This document shows, in pieces, positions 40,033-48,960 of a DNA stretch of 64,000 bases (the first letter of the stretch is position 1; every line of letters starts with the position of its first letter). Origin of the DNA: Pseudomonadota bacterium (lineage in GTDB: Bacteria > Pseudomonadota > Gammaproteobacteria > Burkholderiales > SG8-39). The DNA is taken from positions 1,866 to 65,865 of the forward strand of contig JANXRV010000062.1 in the NCBI GenBank assembly GCA_025356665.1. The letters are read 5' to 3'. The notes below the pieces were generated by a model that saw only the letters and a program-made list of their open reading frames with translations, had not been told where the DNA came from and made no database searches. The translations under genes were made by a program, and so were the position numbers.

Positions 40033-40143
40033 TACGTCCCCTCGCCCCTTGCGGGAGAGGGGCAGGGGAAATTCCGGCAACTGCGATCGAGCCAGCATTC
40101 ACCCTCTCCCCAACCCTCCCCCCGTCAAGGGGGAGGGGGCAGG
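40033..40143. repeat. Copy of a G/C-rich structured dispersed repeat (CCCTCCCCCTTGACGGGGGAGGG family), inverted relative to the 62046 copy
   Basis: The reverse complement matches 62046-62093 almost base for base (CCCCCTCCCCCTTGACGGGGG(G)AGGG(T/C)TGGGGAGAGGGTGAATGC). It has nested inverted repeats. Confidence 0.85.
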
Positions 40144-40192
40144 CTTGTCGCTGAATTGAAGATTGCACGATGCATGAACAGCCAAATGCGGT

Positions 40193-41287
40193 TCAACGCG
40201 CTGCCACGCCCAACTGCGTCGCCATCCAGTCGGCGGTCTGGTCGCGGTAGCGGTACCAGAGATTATTAACCACATGGTTGCCGCCCTCGATCACCGACAG
40301 CACGCAGGGGCCGGACACTTCCGCGGCAAGTTTTTCCGCCGCGGTATGCGGCGTCAACCGGTCCTTGGTGCCAGCCACGAGATAAATCGGGCAAGTGATG
40401 TTCTTGGCAATGCCGGCAAGCGACATACGCAGCGCGACCTTGCCCGCCTCATCGAGATTGGCGCTGCCGCTGCGCACGCGAAAGGCCTCGACGTTGATAA
40501 TCGGCCGACCGTCAAAATTGCTCGAGCGCTGGTAGGCGCCAGACAGCGCGACGCAGGCCTTGATGCGCTTTTCAAAGCACGCGGCGCGCGGCGCGAAATA
40601 ACCGCCCAGCGACACGCCCCAGATACCGATGTGCGCCAAGTCAATATCCACGCGCTTTTCCAGGCAGTCGATCACCGCCTTGACCGGCTTTTCATATTCC
40701 GGGCAGAGCGAAAAATCGTACTCACCCTCACCCTGCCCGGGGCCGTCAAAAGCAAACGTCGCCAGGCCGCGCTTGAGGAAGCGGTTTTCGTAATCATCCA
40801 TCTCCTCCTTGGCCGAATCCAGGCCCATGCACATCACCACCACCGGTGGCTTCGCAATACCCGCCGGTTTGCGCAGGTTGCCGTAAAGGAACTTACCCTC
40901 GTAAGGGATGGCCACGCGCTCGCCCGGCGGATCGATCAGCGGCAGCGCACGGTTACGGCACTCCACCGCCTTCATGTTTGCGGCCTTCATCTGCGCAAGG
41001 TCGTTGACGAATAAAAATTTGCCAAAGTGATAGCACACCGCGGCGCGGGTGAAATGCGCGCCGGCCGACAGTTTGTAGCCTTGCGCCAGTGCCTCGATGC
41101 CCAGCGCCTCGTGCTGCGCGGCGCGCGCCGACCAGGCGCTGCACCAGTCCTCCCAGCGCTCACAGCTCGAGGTGACCTGCTCGAAATCGCTGAGCGGCAC
41201 ACCGTTGGCAACGAAGCGCGGCGCCCAGTGCGAAATGGCCGATTGGACGCGGGGGTCTTTTTCTGCGGACTGCGGTGATGCGGACAT
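40193..41287 (-). CDS. Alpha/beta hydrolase, paralogue 2
   Basis: 364 aa, collinear with 38906-39994 at roughly half identical residues by eye. Motifs GVSLGG, KDRL and GGNH are conserved. Confidence 0.75.
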   Translation of the reverse strand: MSASPQSAEKDPRVQSAISHWAPRFVANGVPLSDFEQVTSSCERWEDWCSAWSARAAQHEALGIEALAQGYKLSAGAHFTRAAVCYHFGKFLFVNDLAQMKAANMKAVECRNRALPLIDPPGERVAIPYEGKFLYGNLRKPAGIAKPPVVVMCMGLDSAKEEMDDYENRFLKRGLATFAFDGPGQGEGEYDFSLCPEYEKPVKAVIDCLEKRVDIDLAHIGIWGVSLGGYFAPRAACFEKRIKACVALSGAYQRSSNFDGRPIINVEAFRVRSGSANLDEAGKVALRMSLAGIAKNITCPIYLVAGTKDRLTPHTAAEKLAAEVSGPCVLSVIEGGNHVVNNLWYRYRDQTADWMATQLGVAAR

Positions 41288-41342
41288 GGGTAGATTCCTG
41301 ATTTTTTTTGGGGGGCTGCGAGCCCTTGATTACAGCGCCGGA

Positions 41343-42326
41343 TCAGGCGCCCAGGGTGACAAAATAACCGGGGTTGTAACGCTCGCCGGCGCGGGCGCCG
41401 GGCTTGAAGGTCTCGGACAGCAGGTCGATCTCATCCTTGTCAAGAACAAGGTCGGCCGCGGCGACGTTTTGTTCCAGCCATTTTTTCTGCTTGGTGCCGG
41501 GAATGGGCACGATGTCGTCGCCGCGCGACAACAGCCAGGCGAGCGACACCTGCGCCGTGCTCACGCCGCGTTTCTCGGCAATCGCCTCGATTGGCTTGAG
41601 CAGCTCCAGGTTTTTTTCCATGTTGCCGGGTTGAAACCGCGGCTGCTTGCGCCGCAGGTCGTGCGGCGCAATGTCATCGAGGCTGCGCACCCTGCCCGTA
41701 AGCAGGCCGCGCCCAAGCGGCGAATAGGGCACAAAGCCGATACCCAGTTCGCGGCAGGCGGGCAGGATTTCATCCTCGACATCACGCGCCCAAAGTGAAT
41801 ATTCTGTCTGCAGCGCCGCGATCGGATGGATCTTGCAGGCGCGCGCGAGCGTTTTTGGTCCGGCCTCGGAAAGGCCCAACCAGCGCACCTTGCCGGCCTC
41901 AACGAGGCGCGACATCGCGCCCACCGTCTCCTCGATCGGCACGTCCGGGTCAATACGATGCAGGTAGTAAAGGTCGATCACATCAACGCCAAGCTGCTTG
42001 AGGCTGGCGTCGCAGGCCTGCGGTACGTAATCGGGACGGCCGTTATAGCCCTTCGTGCCATCGGGCAGATCGAAGTTGCCAAATTTGGTCGCGATCACCA
42101 CCTCGTCGCGCCGCCCCTTGAGCGCGCGCCCGACAATGCGCTCGTGCCGGCCACCCATGTAGCGGTTGGCGGTGTCAAACAGCGTCACCCCCAGATCGAG
42201 CGCACGGTGAATGGTTTCTATCTGCACATCATCGTCGCGCTCGCCAAAGTCCGTGGTCGTACTGCCCGCGCCAAGGCCCACAGCCGAAACCAGGGGACCA
42301 TTTTTTCCCAGCCTGCGTTGTTGCAT
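41343..42326 (-). CDS. Aldo/keto reductase
   Basis: 327 aa, MQQRRLGKNGPLVSAVGLG...LFDTANRYMGG...HRIDPDVPIEET. Confidence 0.88.
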   Translation of the reverse strand: MQQRRLGKNGPLVSAVGLGAGSTTTDFGERDDDVQIETIHRALDLGVTLFDTANRYMGGRHERIVGRALKGRRDEVVIATKFGNFDLPDGTKGYNGRPDYVPQACDASLKQLGVDVIDLYYLHRIDPDVPIEETVGAMSRLVEAGKVRWLGLSEAGPKTLARACKIHPIAALQTEYSLWARDVEDEILPACRELGIGFVPYSPLGRGLLTGRVRSLDDIAPHDLRRKQPRFQPGNMEKNLELLKPIEAIAEKRGVSTAQVSLAWLLSRGDDIVPIPGTKQKKWLEQNVAAADLVLDKDEIDLLSETFKPGARAGERYNPGYFVTLGA

Positions 42327-42377
42327 CGATGCTTCCTTTTCGATATCAGGTTTTACCGCCCGGACGGGCAGTCGTGC

Positions 42378-43355
42378 CTAGTCGGCGGTGATGCCGGCCT
42401 TGCGAATGAGCGGTGTCCATTTGTCTATTTCGGTCTTCACCCATTCGCCCAACTCCTCGGGCGAGGAGGGTGTGGGCTCGGCGCCCTGTGCCAGCAATTG
42501 CTCGCGCGTTTCGGGGCGCCGCAAAATATCACCGATTTCGCGATTGAGCTTGATCACCACCGAACGCGGCGTCTTTGCCGGCGCAAACAAGCCGAACCAT
42601 AGCTTGGCTTCCATACCGGGGATACCCGCCTCTACGGCACTGGGAATTTCGGGCGCGCCGGCAAAACGCGTCGCGCTGGACACCGCCAGCGCCTTGACCT
42701 TGCCCGCTTTCAACTGGCCGTGCGCCGTCAAGGCCGACAAAAACGACACCTGCACCTCGCCTGCGAGCAGGGCGGTCAGCGCGTTGCCCGCGCTCTTGTA
42801 GGGAATATGCTGCAAGGGCACACCGGTGACGCTCTTGAGCAGTTCGGCGGCCAGATGGCTGATGGTGCCGTTACCCGCCGACGAATAAGTCAGCGTGCCT
42901 TTTTGCTTGGCATAGGCGATGAACTCTTTGGCGTTGGACACCGGCACCGACGGATGCACCACCAGCACCACAACGCCGGTGGCGACCATGCTGATCGGCT
43001 CGAAATCCTTGACCGGGTCGTACTGCAGGTCCTTGCTGTAAAGGGTGAGCGCGCTGACAAACGGCCCGGCGTGGCCCATCACCAGGTTGTGCCCGTCCGG
43101 CGGTGACTTGGCCACCACATCGGTTGGAATGGTACCGCCGGCCCCGGCGCGGCTGTCGACCACCACCGCCTGGCCCCAGCGCTCCTGCAGACGCTGCGCG
43201 AGAAATCGCGACAGGTAATCGGCAGTGCTGCCCTGCCCCTGGCCCATGATACGAATCGGGCGCGACGGAAAACCCGTCGCCGGATCCTGGGCGAAACCAC
43301 CCGCCGCGTGCGCCAGCAACAACGCCGAGAAAAAAACCTTCGACAACAGTTTCAT
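42378..43355 (-). CDS. Bug-family (TctC-like) substrate-binding protein
   Basis: I trimmed to ATG 43355 (MKLLSKVFFSALLLAHAAGGFAQ...FPSRPIRIMGQGQGSTADYLSR). Confidence 0.88.
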   Translation of the reverse strand: MKLLSKVFFSALLLAHAAGGFAQDPATGFPSRPIRIMGQGQGSTADYLSRFLAQRLQERWGQAVVVDSRAGAGGTIPTDVVAKSPPDGHNLVMGHAGPFVSALTLYSKDLQYDPVKDFEPISMVATGVVVLVVHPSVPVSNAKEFIAYAKQKGTLTYSSAGNGTISHLAAELLKSVTGVPLQHIPYKSAGNALTALLAGEVQVSFLSALTAHGQLKAGKVKALAVSSATRFAGAPEIPSAVEAGIPGMEAKLWFGLFAPAKTPRSVVIKLNREIGDILRRPETREQLLAQGAEPTPSSPEELGEWVKTEIDKWTPLIRKAGITAD

Positions 43356-43432
43356 ATCCCCTCCCCGCAAAACCGCGATCTTGTCCGCCACGGTGACCTG
43401 ATTATTATCTGCCGGCCGTGTTCATCACAGCA

Positions 43433-44614
43433 TTATTTTGCCAATCGCACGAACCCGGCTTCAAGATCGGCAATCAGGTCGTCCACATGCTCAAGGCCGG
43501 CGTGAATTCTGAACGCCGGTCCGCTGTAAGGCCATTTTGTCGCATTGCGCGCATCGGCCAGGCTGAAGGGCATGGCGAGGCTCTCAAAACCGCCCCAGGA
43601 CGCACCTATGCCATAGAGCTGCAGGCCATCCATGAACGCGGCGAACGCCTGGTGCGAAACCGGCTTGAGCACCACGCTGAACAATCCCGATGCGCCGCTA
43701 AAGTTGCGCTTCCAGATGGCGTGTCCGGGGTCGCCGGGCAAAGCCGGATGCAACACGCGCTCGACCTCGGGGCGCCGGGCCAGCCACGCGGCGAGCGCCA
43801 GGCCGGTTTCGCCGTGCTGCTTGAGCCGCACCGCCATGGTACGAAGTCCGCGCAGCGCGAGGAACACATCACCGGGTCCTGCGGTCTGACCCAGATCGAC
43901 ATGCGTGTCCTTGAGCGCCTTCCAGGCCTCGCGCGTCGTGGTGACCACGCCGAGCATCGCGTCGGAATGACCGACGATATATTTGGTCGCGGCATGAATC
44001 GACACATCGACACCGTGCTCGAACGGTTTGAAATACAGCGGCGTCGCCCAGGTGTTGTCCATGATCACCGTCGCGCCCTGCTGGTGCACCACCGCCGCGA
44101 TGGCGGGAATATCCTGCATCTCGAAACTGAGCGAACCGGGCGCCTCCACGACAACGACGCTCGTGTTCGAGCGCATCAGCGCGGCAATGCCCGCGCCGAC
44201 CAGCGGATCGTAAAACTCAACCTCGACGCCGAATCGGCGCAAAAACCGCCAGCCCACACGGCGCATCGGACCATAGGCACTGTCGCTGATAAGCACATGA
44301 TCACCGGCCTTGACGTACGCGAGCAGCGCGCAGGAGCAGGCGGCGAGCCCGGAGGGATATAGCATGCTGCGATAGCCGCCCTCCAGATCGGCAACGGCCT
44401 CCTCCAAGGCGGCGAGCGTCGGCGTGCCATGACGGCCGTAATACACGCCCGGTTTGTCAGCGGCGTAATCCTTGTGCTTTTGCTCCCACTCGGCGAGCGT
44501 TGGCGAGAGCACCGTGGAGGCGTGATACACGGGGGTGTTTACGACACCATGCTGGTCCTCAGGGTGACGTCCGGCATGGACGAGCCTGGTTTCTTCTTTT
44601 CCGGATTTGCTCAT
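43433..44614 (-). CDS. metC: Cystathionine beta-lyase (PLP-dependent)
   Basis: I trimmed to ATG 44614 (MSKSGKEETRLVHAGRHPEDQHGVVNTPVYHASTV). The PLP lysine context is SIHAATKYIVGHSD. Confidence 0.85.
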   Translation of the reverse strand: MSKSGKEETRLVHAGRHPEDQHGVVNTPVYHASTVLSPTLAEWEQKHKDYAADKPGVYYGRHGTPTLAALEEAVADLEGGYRSMLYPSGLAACSCALLAYVKAGDHVLISDSAYGPMRRVGWRFLRRFGVEVEFYDPLVGAGIAALMRSNTSVVVVEAPGSLSFEMQDIPAIAAVVHQQGATVIMDNTWATPLYFKPFEHGVDVSIHAATKYIVGHSDAMLGVVTTTREAWKALKDTHVDLGQTAGPGDVFLALRGLRTMAVRLKQHGETGLALAAWLARRPEVERVLHPALPGDPGHAIWKRNFSGASGLFSVVLKPVSHQAFAAFMDGLQLYGIGASWGGFESLAMPFSLADARNATKWPYSGPAFRIHAGLEHVDDLIADLEAGFVRLAK

Positions 44615-44786
44615 GTTCGATGTGCGTGACCGACATGCCCCGCGGGGCGATGAAGCGTATTCTCGCAGAAAGCCGCCTCGCCCAGCACGCGCGCGATACC
44701 TCATGTGCAGGTACCGGGTACCATGAACCGAATACCTTGCACCGGGGCGCGGCGGGGCCAACGCTGAGACACAAAAAAGGAACAGC

Positions 44787-45377
44787 ATGAACGAGCGCAT
44801 ACGCAAGCTGATGAACGACATGAACGCGCTGGAGGGGGAGTTGCGCACCGCGCTGCACGAGCAGGAAGAGCGGATGTTTTTCCAGATCAAGGGCAAGCGC
44901 GTCGAGTTCGAGCGCAATGTGCGCGACGCACACCTGAAGTTGAAGCGCAATTTCTTCCGCTGGGTGCTCACCGACCGGCCGCAGAACCTTCTCACCGCGC
45001 CCTTCATCTATGGACTTATCCTACCGCTAGTCTTTGCAGACCTGTGTGTCACGCTCTACCAGGCGGCGTGTTTTCCGGTCTACGGCATAGGCAGGGTGCG
45101 TCGTGCCGATTACATCGTTTTCGACCGGCAGGAACTGGGCTATTTAAACTGGTTCGAGCGCTTTCACTGCACTTACTGCGCCTACGCCAACGGACTCATC
45201 GCCTATATCGGCGAGATCAGCGCACGCACCGAGCAGTATTTTTGCCCGATCAAGCATGCGCGCAAGGCCCTTGGCACGCATGCCCGGTATGCGCATTTTC
45301 TCGGGTTTGGCGAGGCCCAGAACTACCACGCCAGGCTGGAGGGCTTCCGCGTGGCACTCGGCGAAGAAAAAAATTGA
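44787..45377 (+). CDS. Hypothetical protein (coiled-coil N-terminus, one or two TM segments, Cys-rich C-terminal region)
   Basis: 196 aa with coding-like codon usage. It has a CTYCAYANG...YFCPIKHA motif. I recognise no family. Confidence 0.6.
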   Translation: MNERIRKLMNDMNALEGELRTALHEQEERMFFQIKGKRVEFERNVRDAHLKLKRNFFRWVLTDRPQNLLTAPFIYGLILPLVFADLCVTLYQAACFPVYGIGRVRRADYIVFDRQELGYLNWFERFHCTYCAYANGLIAYIGEISARTEQYFCPIKHARKALGTHARYAHFLGFGEAQNYHARLEGFRVALGEEKN

Positions 45378-45413
45378 CCGGCCGGATGATTGCATCCGCC
45401 GGTCGGGATATCT

Positions 45414-45434
45414 AAGGGGGTAGCCCCCTTTTTC
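45414..45434 (+). terminator. Intrinsic terminator after the hypothetical gene
   Basis: AAGGGGG TAG CCCCCTT followed by TTT. Confidence 0.6.
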
Positions 45435-45443
45435 AGCAGCGCC

Positions 45444-45899
45444 TCAGCGCTTGCCTGGCGCCCGCACCAGCAGCACCGGCACAGTGGCCGAGCGCACCAC
45501 GCCTTCGGCATCACTGCCCATCAACAAGCGTGATATGCCGCGCCGGCCGTGCGTGCCGATCACAATGACATCGGCCTTGAGCTTTTTGGCCTGCGACACG
45601 ATGACCTCGTACACCGGCAGTCCGATGTCCTCGATCAGCACCGGCTTGACCGTGACCTGCTGCTTTTTCGCCTCAGCCACCGCCTTGGCGAGGACTTTCT
45701 TCCCGTTCTCGAGCAAGCCCTCGAGCAAGCCCTCGATGAAATAGCCGCCGCCCAGTGCGCTTTGCGTGACGACATTCTCATCCACAACGTGCAACACGAT
45801 CAGGGTCGCATTTTGCGCCTTGGCCAACCTGACGGCCTGCTGCAAGCCCTTGCCGGAGGTCGGACTTCCATCCACAGGGACTAGTATTTTTTTGAACAT
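45444..45899 (-). CDS. Universal stress protein (UspA family)
   Basis: I trimmed to ATG 45899 (MFKKILVPVDGSPTSGKGLQQAVRLAK...VIGTHGRRGISRLLMGSDAEGVVR). Confidence 0.88.
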   Translation of the reverse strand: MFKKILVPVDGSPTSGKGLQQAVRLAKAQNATLIVLHVVDENVVTQSALGGGYFIEGLLEGLLENGKKVLAKAVAEAKKQQVTVKPVLIEDIGLPVYEVIVSQAKKLKADVIVIGTHGRRGISRLLMGSDAEGVVRSATVPVLLVRAPGKR

Positions 45900-45945
45900 G
45901 ATCAAGTGCTCCTTGAAAGCAAATATTGCAAACTGGTTGCCGGTT

Positions 45946-46248
45946 TTACAGGCCCAGCATCCTGCCAATGCGTCCGGCGTAATCGGCGGCCTTGAGGGCA
46001 TCGTCAATGACGACATCCACCGCATTGTCGATGATGCCATGGATGGTGCGCAGCCGATGGCCGACCCGCTCCTGGTCCGGTGACGCACCCAGTATCGCAC
46101 CCAGTGCGCGCACCTCGTCGCGCAAGGCCTGCAGGTCGCCTGATCCGGCCTTTACGCCGGCAAGATCTTTTTCCAGGGAAGCGACCAGCTTGGCCACCTC
46201 ATCGAGATCGACCGGAGCCGGGCCTGCGGATTTGGATTGTTCTGACAA
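45946..46248 (-). CDS. Small conserved hypothetical protein (DUF4404-like)
   Basis: I chose the TTG start at 46248 because GGAGGA lies 6 nt upstream. The start and family are tentative. Confidence 0.5.
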   Translation of the reverse strand: MSEQSKSAGPAPVDLDEVAKLVASLEKDLAGVKAGSGDLQALRDEVRALGAILGASPDQERVGHRLRTIHGIIDNAVDVVIDDALKAADYAGRIGRMLGL

Positions 46249-46649
46249 GGCTGATCCTCCCAATGGCTGCAACGACAAAACCCACGCCGCGCTCAAGGGC
46301 GCCGCAGCGTTAAATATAGCGCAAGCACGACCAACAGGTCGCGCTAAACAACAAAATAAGCGCACAGGCCACAACCCTCAGCACGCGTCCTGTGCGTACG
46401 AAAGCCCGGACAGCAAAGGCGTCGGTGCCACAGGCCACCCTATTGTTCTGCGTTGTTTTGCGGCGCATTCTCCGGCCAGTTCAGGGCATCAGTACGTTTC
46501 CATACTAGGCGGCTGGAACTCACGCCTGCTTGACATGGATCAAACGACCCTGTCAACGCATGCGCATCCCTTCACAAACCGAGCCACCCCATATTAGCGC
46601 TCTAAGCGGCGACGACGGCGGGGCTGCGGCCGTGGGCGCGATGCACGAA

Positions 46650-47255
46650 TTATTGCGGCGGTTTGACGCCGTCCTTGCTGACTGCGATGCGCGCGGCGGT
46701 GATCTTGCCCTCCGGCGATACCGATGCGCCGGTGAAAATGCTCGCACCCGGCACCAGCAGCGATTTGTCAGCGGGTACAAAGTCGACAATAGGCGTGCCC
46801 TCGGGCACCACGATCTGCTTGGAGCCGCCCTTGAATTCCATGGTGAGCTCGTTACCCGCCGCGGTCTTGACCACCTTGACCATGTTGGCGTTGGTCATGG
46901 TGTCCCCGGGCGCGCTGTCCCAGGGCGTGTGTCCGGGCGCGGCTGCCGGCGGCAGCGCGTGCACCTCGCTCGCCACCAGGGCGCCCGCGGCATTCACACG
47001 CGCCGTCACGCCGACGTAGGCATCCGCCTTGAAATCCGACAGCTTCACCGCCTTGGCCGCCGACACCGCGACGTTGTCAGGCATATTGATCTTGATGTCC
47101 TGGCCTTCGCGCGTCTTGACCGCGAGCACATTGCCCTCGACCGCGGTGATGATGCCGCGAATGCGCTGATTGGTGTTCTGTGCGACAGCCAACTGCGCGG
47201 CCAGCATAAAACCGAGGCCGGCGATTGCGGCGGCAAACCATTGATGCGTTTTCAT
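46650..47255 (-). CDS. Secreted hypothetical protein
   Basis: I trimmed to ATG 47255 (MKTHQWFAAAIAGLGFMLAAQLAVAQ signal peptide). Mature part is two similar beta-rich halves. Confidence 0.6.
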   Translation of the reverse strand: MKTHQWFAAAIAGLGFMLAAQLAVAQNTNQRIRGIITAVEGNVLAVKTREGQDIKINMPDNVAVSAAKAVKLSDFKADAYVGVTARVNAAGALVASEVHALPPAAAPGHTPWDSAPGDTMTNANMVKVVKTAAGNELTMEFKGGSKQIVVPEGTPIVDFVPADKSLLVPGASIFTGASVSPEGKITAARIAVSKDGVKPPQ

Positions 47256-47422
47256 GTTCAATCTCCCTGGTGTTTTCAACGATCCGTTACGATCAGTTGC
47301 GAATGAATGTTTCGAACGGACGTTTCGAGCCCATGACATTCGAAACCAATCGCCCATCCCCGAGGCCATACTCGAGGCAATATGATGCGTTAACAGCGGC
47401 CGGCGCCCAATTCTTCCATTTT

Positions 47423-48847
47423 TTAATTTTGCGAACAACCTGCGGCGATACGTGCCGGCAAAGCGGCCGCCACCGCAGCGAGCACCGTCCCCCAATCGCC
47501 CGGAACGGTCTGGCGAAACAAGCGCAGCCCCGGGTACCAGGGTGTGCCGGCAGCTCCAGAAACACCCGACCAGCGCCAGTCACAGGGGTGGTGCAGCAAC
47601 ACCCAGGCGTCCAGGCCGAGCGCGCCGAGCAGGTGCGCCAGTCCGGTATCGCTGCTGATCACCAGGTCAAGCGCACAGGCCAGCGCTGCGCTGTCGGCAA
47701 AATCAGCGATCTCGCCGCCAAGATCGGCAATGCCGCTGCTCGCGGCAAGTTGCGCCGCCGCCGGACCTTTTTGCATTGAAACGAGTTGCACGCGCCCCTC
47801 CGCCTGCCCGGCCAACCCGGCCAACCCAGCCAACATGGTCAAGGGCACGCCGCGCTGCGGTTCCAGCGAATTGTCGGCGCGCCCCGCCCAGTTGATGCCG
47901 ATGCGAAAGCGCCGCGCCGGATCGATTTCACCAAGGCGCTGCCGCCAGCGCGCGACCGCGGCGGCATCGGCCTTGAGATAGGCCGCCGCCGGCACATTGG
48001 CCGGCGTGACACCGAGCACCCGCGGCAAACTGAACAGCGCCAGCTTGAAATCGCAGCGCGGCGGCACCAGGCCGGCGCCGTCGAAAGCGACGAACTCGGC
48101 CACCCCGGCAAGGCCCTGCAGGATGCGCGTGAGTTCACGCGGCACCAGCAAGCGCACCTGCGCGCCGCGTGCCGCCAGCGGCGCGACAAAGCGCGCAAAC
48201 ATCAGCAGGTCGCCGAAACCGCCCTCCGGGTAGACCAGCACCGATTTGCCCTGCAGCGACGCGACGCCATCCCATTCGGGCGCGGCATCGGCGCGCCAAG
48301 GCGCCTGCGCCGCCGCAAGCTCGGGCCGCTCAAAGCGCGCGCCATACTGCGCCCAGCCCTCGCGCCAATCACCTGTGGCCAGCGCCAGATCGGCCAGATT
48401 CCAGCGCGCATCGGCGTAATCGGGCTGCAGCCTGAGCGCGATTGCGTAATGGTGCCGCGCCTCTTCGTAATGCCCGCCGGCGTGCAGCCTGGCGCCAAGA
48501 TTGAAATGCGCGACAGCGAAGGTCGGATCGATATCGATGGCACGCACAAAGCTGGCGATGGCGGCATCGCCATGGCCGGCCGCAGCATGGGCCAGACCGA
48601 GATTGGAATGAATAAAAGCGACATCGGGCGCCACCGCCAGCGCCTGCCCGAACAAGGCTATCGCCTCGTCATGCCGCCCTTGCTGGTAAGCCAGCAACCC
48701 GGAGAAATGCAGCGCATCGGCATGATCAGCTTGTACAACAAGCACGGCGCGGTACAAAACACCGGCCTGATCGAGTTGCCCGGACTGGTGCAGCGCGAGT
48801 GCACGCTGGAACAGGTCACCGCTGTTGTCGGGGCTGGGGGAGCTCAT
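47423..48847 (-). CDS. TPR-repeat protein fused to a glycosyltransferase family 9 (heptosyltransferase-like) domain
   Basis: 474 aa. The N-terminal half is TPR units (ALHFSGLLAYQQGRHDEAIALFGQALAVAPD...). The C-terminal half has GT9-like motifs (FGDLLMF..., LISSDTGLAHL). Confidence 0.7.
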   Translation of the reverse strand: MSSPSPDNSGDLFQRALALHQSGQLDQAGVLYRAVLVVQADHADALHFSGLLAYQQGRHDEAIALFGQALAVAPDVAFIHSNLGLAHAAAGHGDAAIASFVRAIDIDPTFAVAHFNLGARLHAGGHYEEARHHYAIALRLQPDYADARWNLADLALATGDWREGWAQYGARFERPELAAAQAPWRADAAPEWDGVASLQGKSVLVYPEGGFGDLLMFARFVAPLAARGAQVRLLVPRELTRILQGLAGVAEFVAFDGAGLVPPRCDFKLALFSLPRVLGVTPANVPAAAYLKADAAAVARWRQRLGEIDPARRFRIGINWAGRADNSLEPQRGVPLTMLAGLAGLAGQAEGRVQLVSMQKGPAAAQLAASSGIADLGGEIADFADSAALACALDLVISSDTGLAHLLGALGLDAWVLLHHPCDWRWSGVSGAAGTPWYPGLRLFRQTVPGDWGTVLAAVAAALPARIAAGCSQN

Positions 48848-48884
48848 AAAGAGTGGTCAGTGCCAACGCGCGGAAATAAATACT

Positions 48885-48960
48885 TGGTGCCGGATGCAGG
48901 AATCGAACCCGCGACCTTCGGTTTACAAAACCGCTGCTCTACCAACTGAGCTAATCCGGC
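48885..48960 (-). tRNA. tRNA-Thr (anticodon UGU)
   Basis: A 76-nt cloverleaf folded by hand: acceptor GCCGGAT/ATCCGGC, D-arm GCTC-AGTTGGTA-GAGC, anticodon loop TTTGTAA, T-arm GCGGG-TTCGATT-CCTGC, encoded CCA. Confidence 0.92.

Noticed and set aside
43433-45007. Long N-terminal extensions in the ORF track. Examples are the 524-aa form of metC, the 752-aa TRAP permease, the 446-aa adaptor, the 502-aa UxaA, the 423-aa PanE-like protein, the 400-aa RLP and the 385-aa Bug protein.
   Set aside because: The extra residues are Arg/Ser/Cys-rich, overlap neighbouring genes or repeats, and precede internal starts (ATG, or GTG for UxaA) that begin the conserved N-terminus or signal peptide; several also have a Shine-Dalgarno sequence. 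I trimmed the coordinates accordingly.
46249-46649. 400-bp gene-free spacer as a possible small-RNA locus.
   Set aside because: I found only weak promoter-like hexamers (TTGACA at 46531) and no terminator hairpin or conserved motif. The evidence is insufficient without transcript data.
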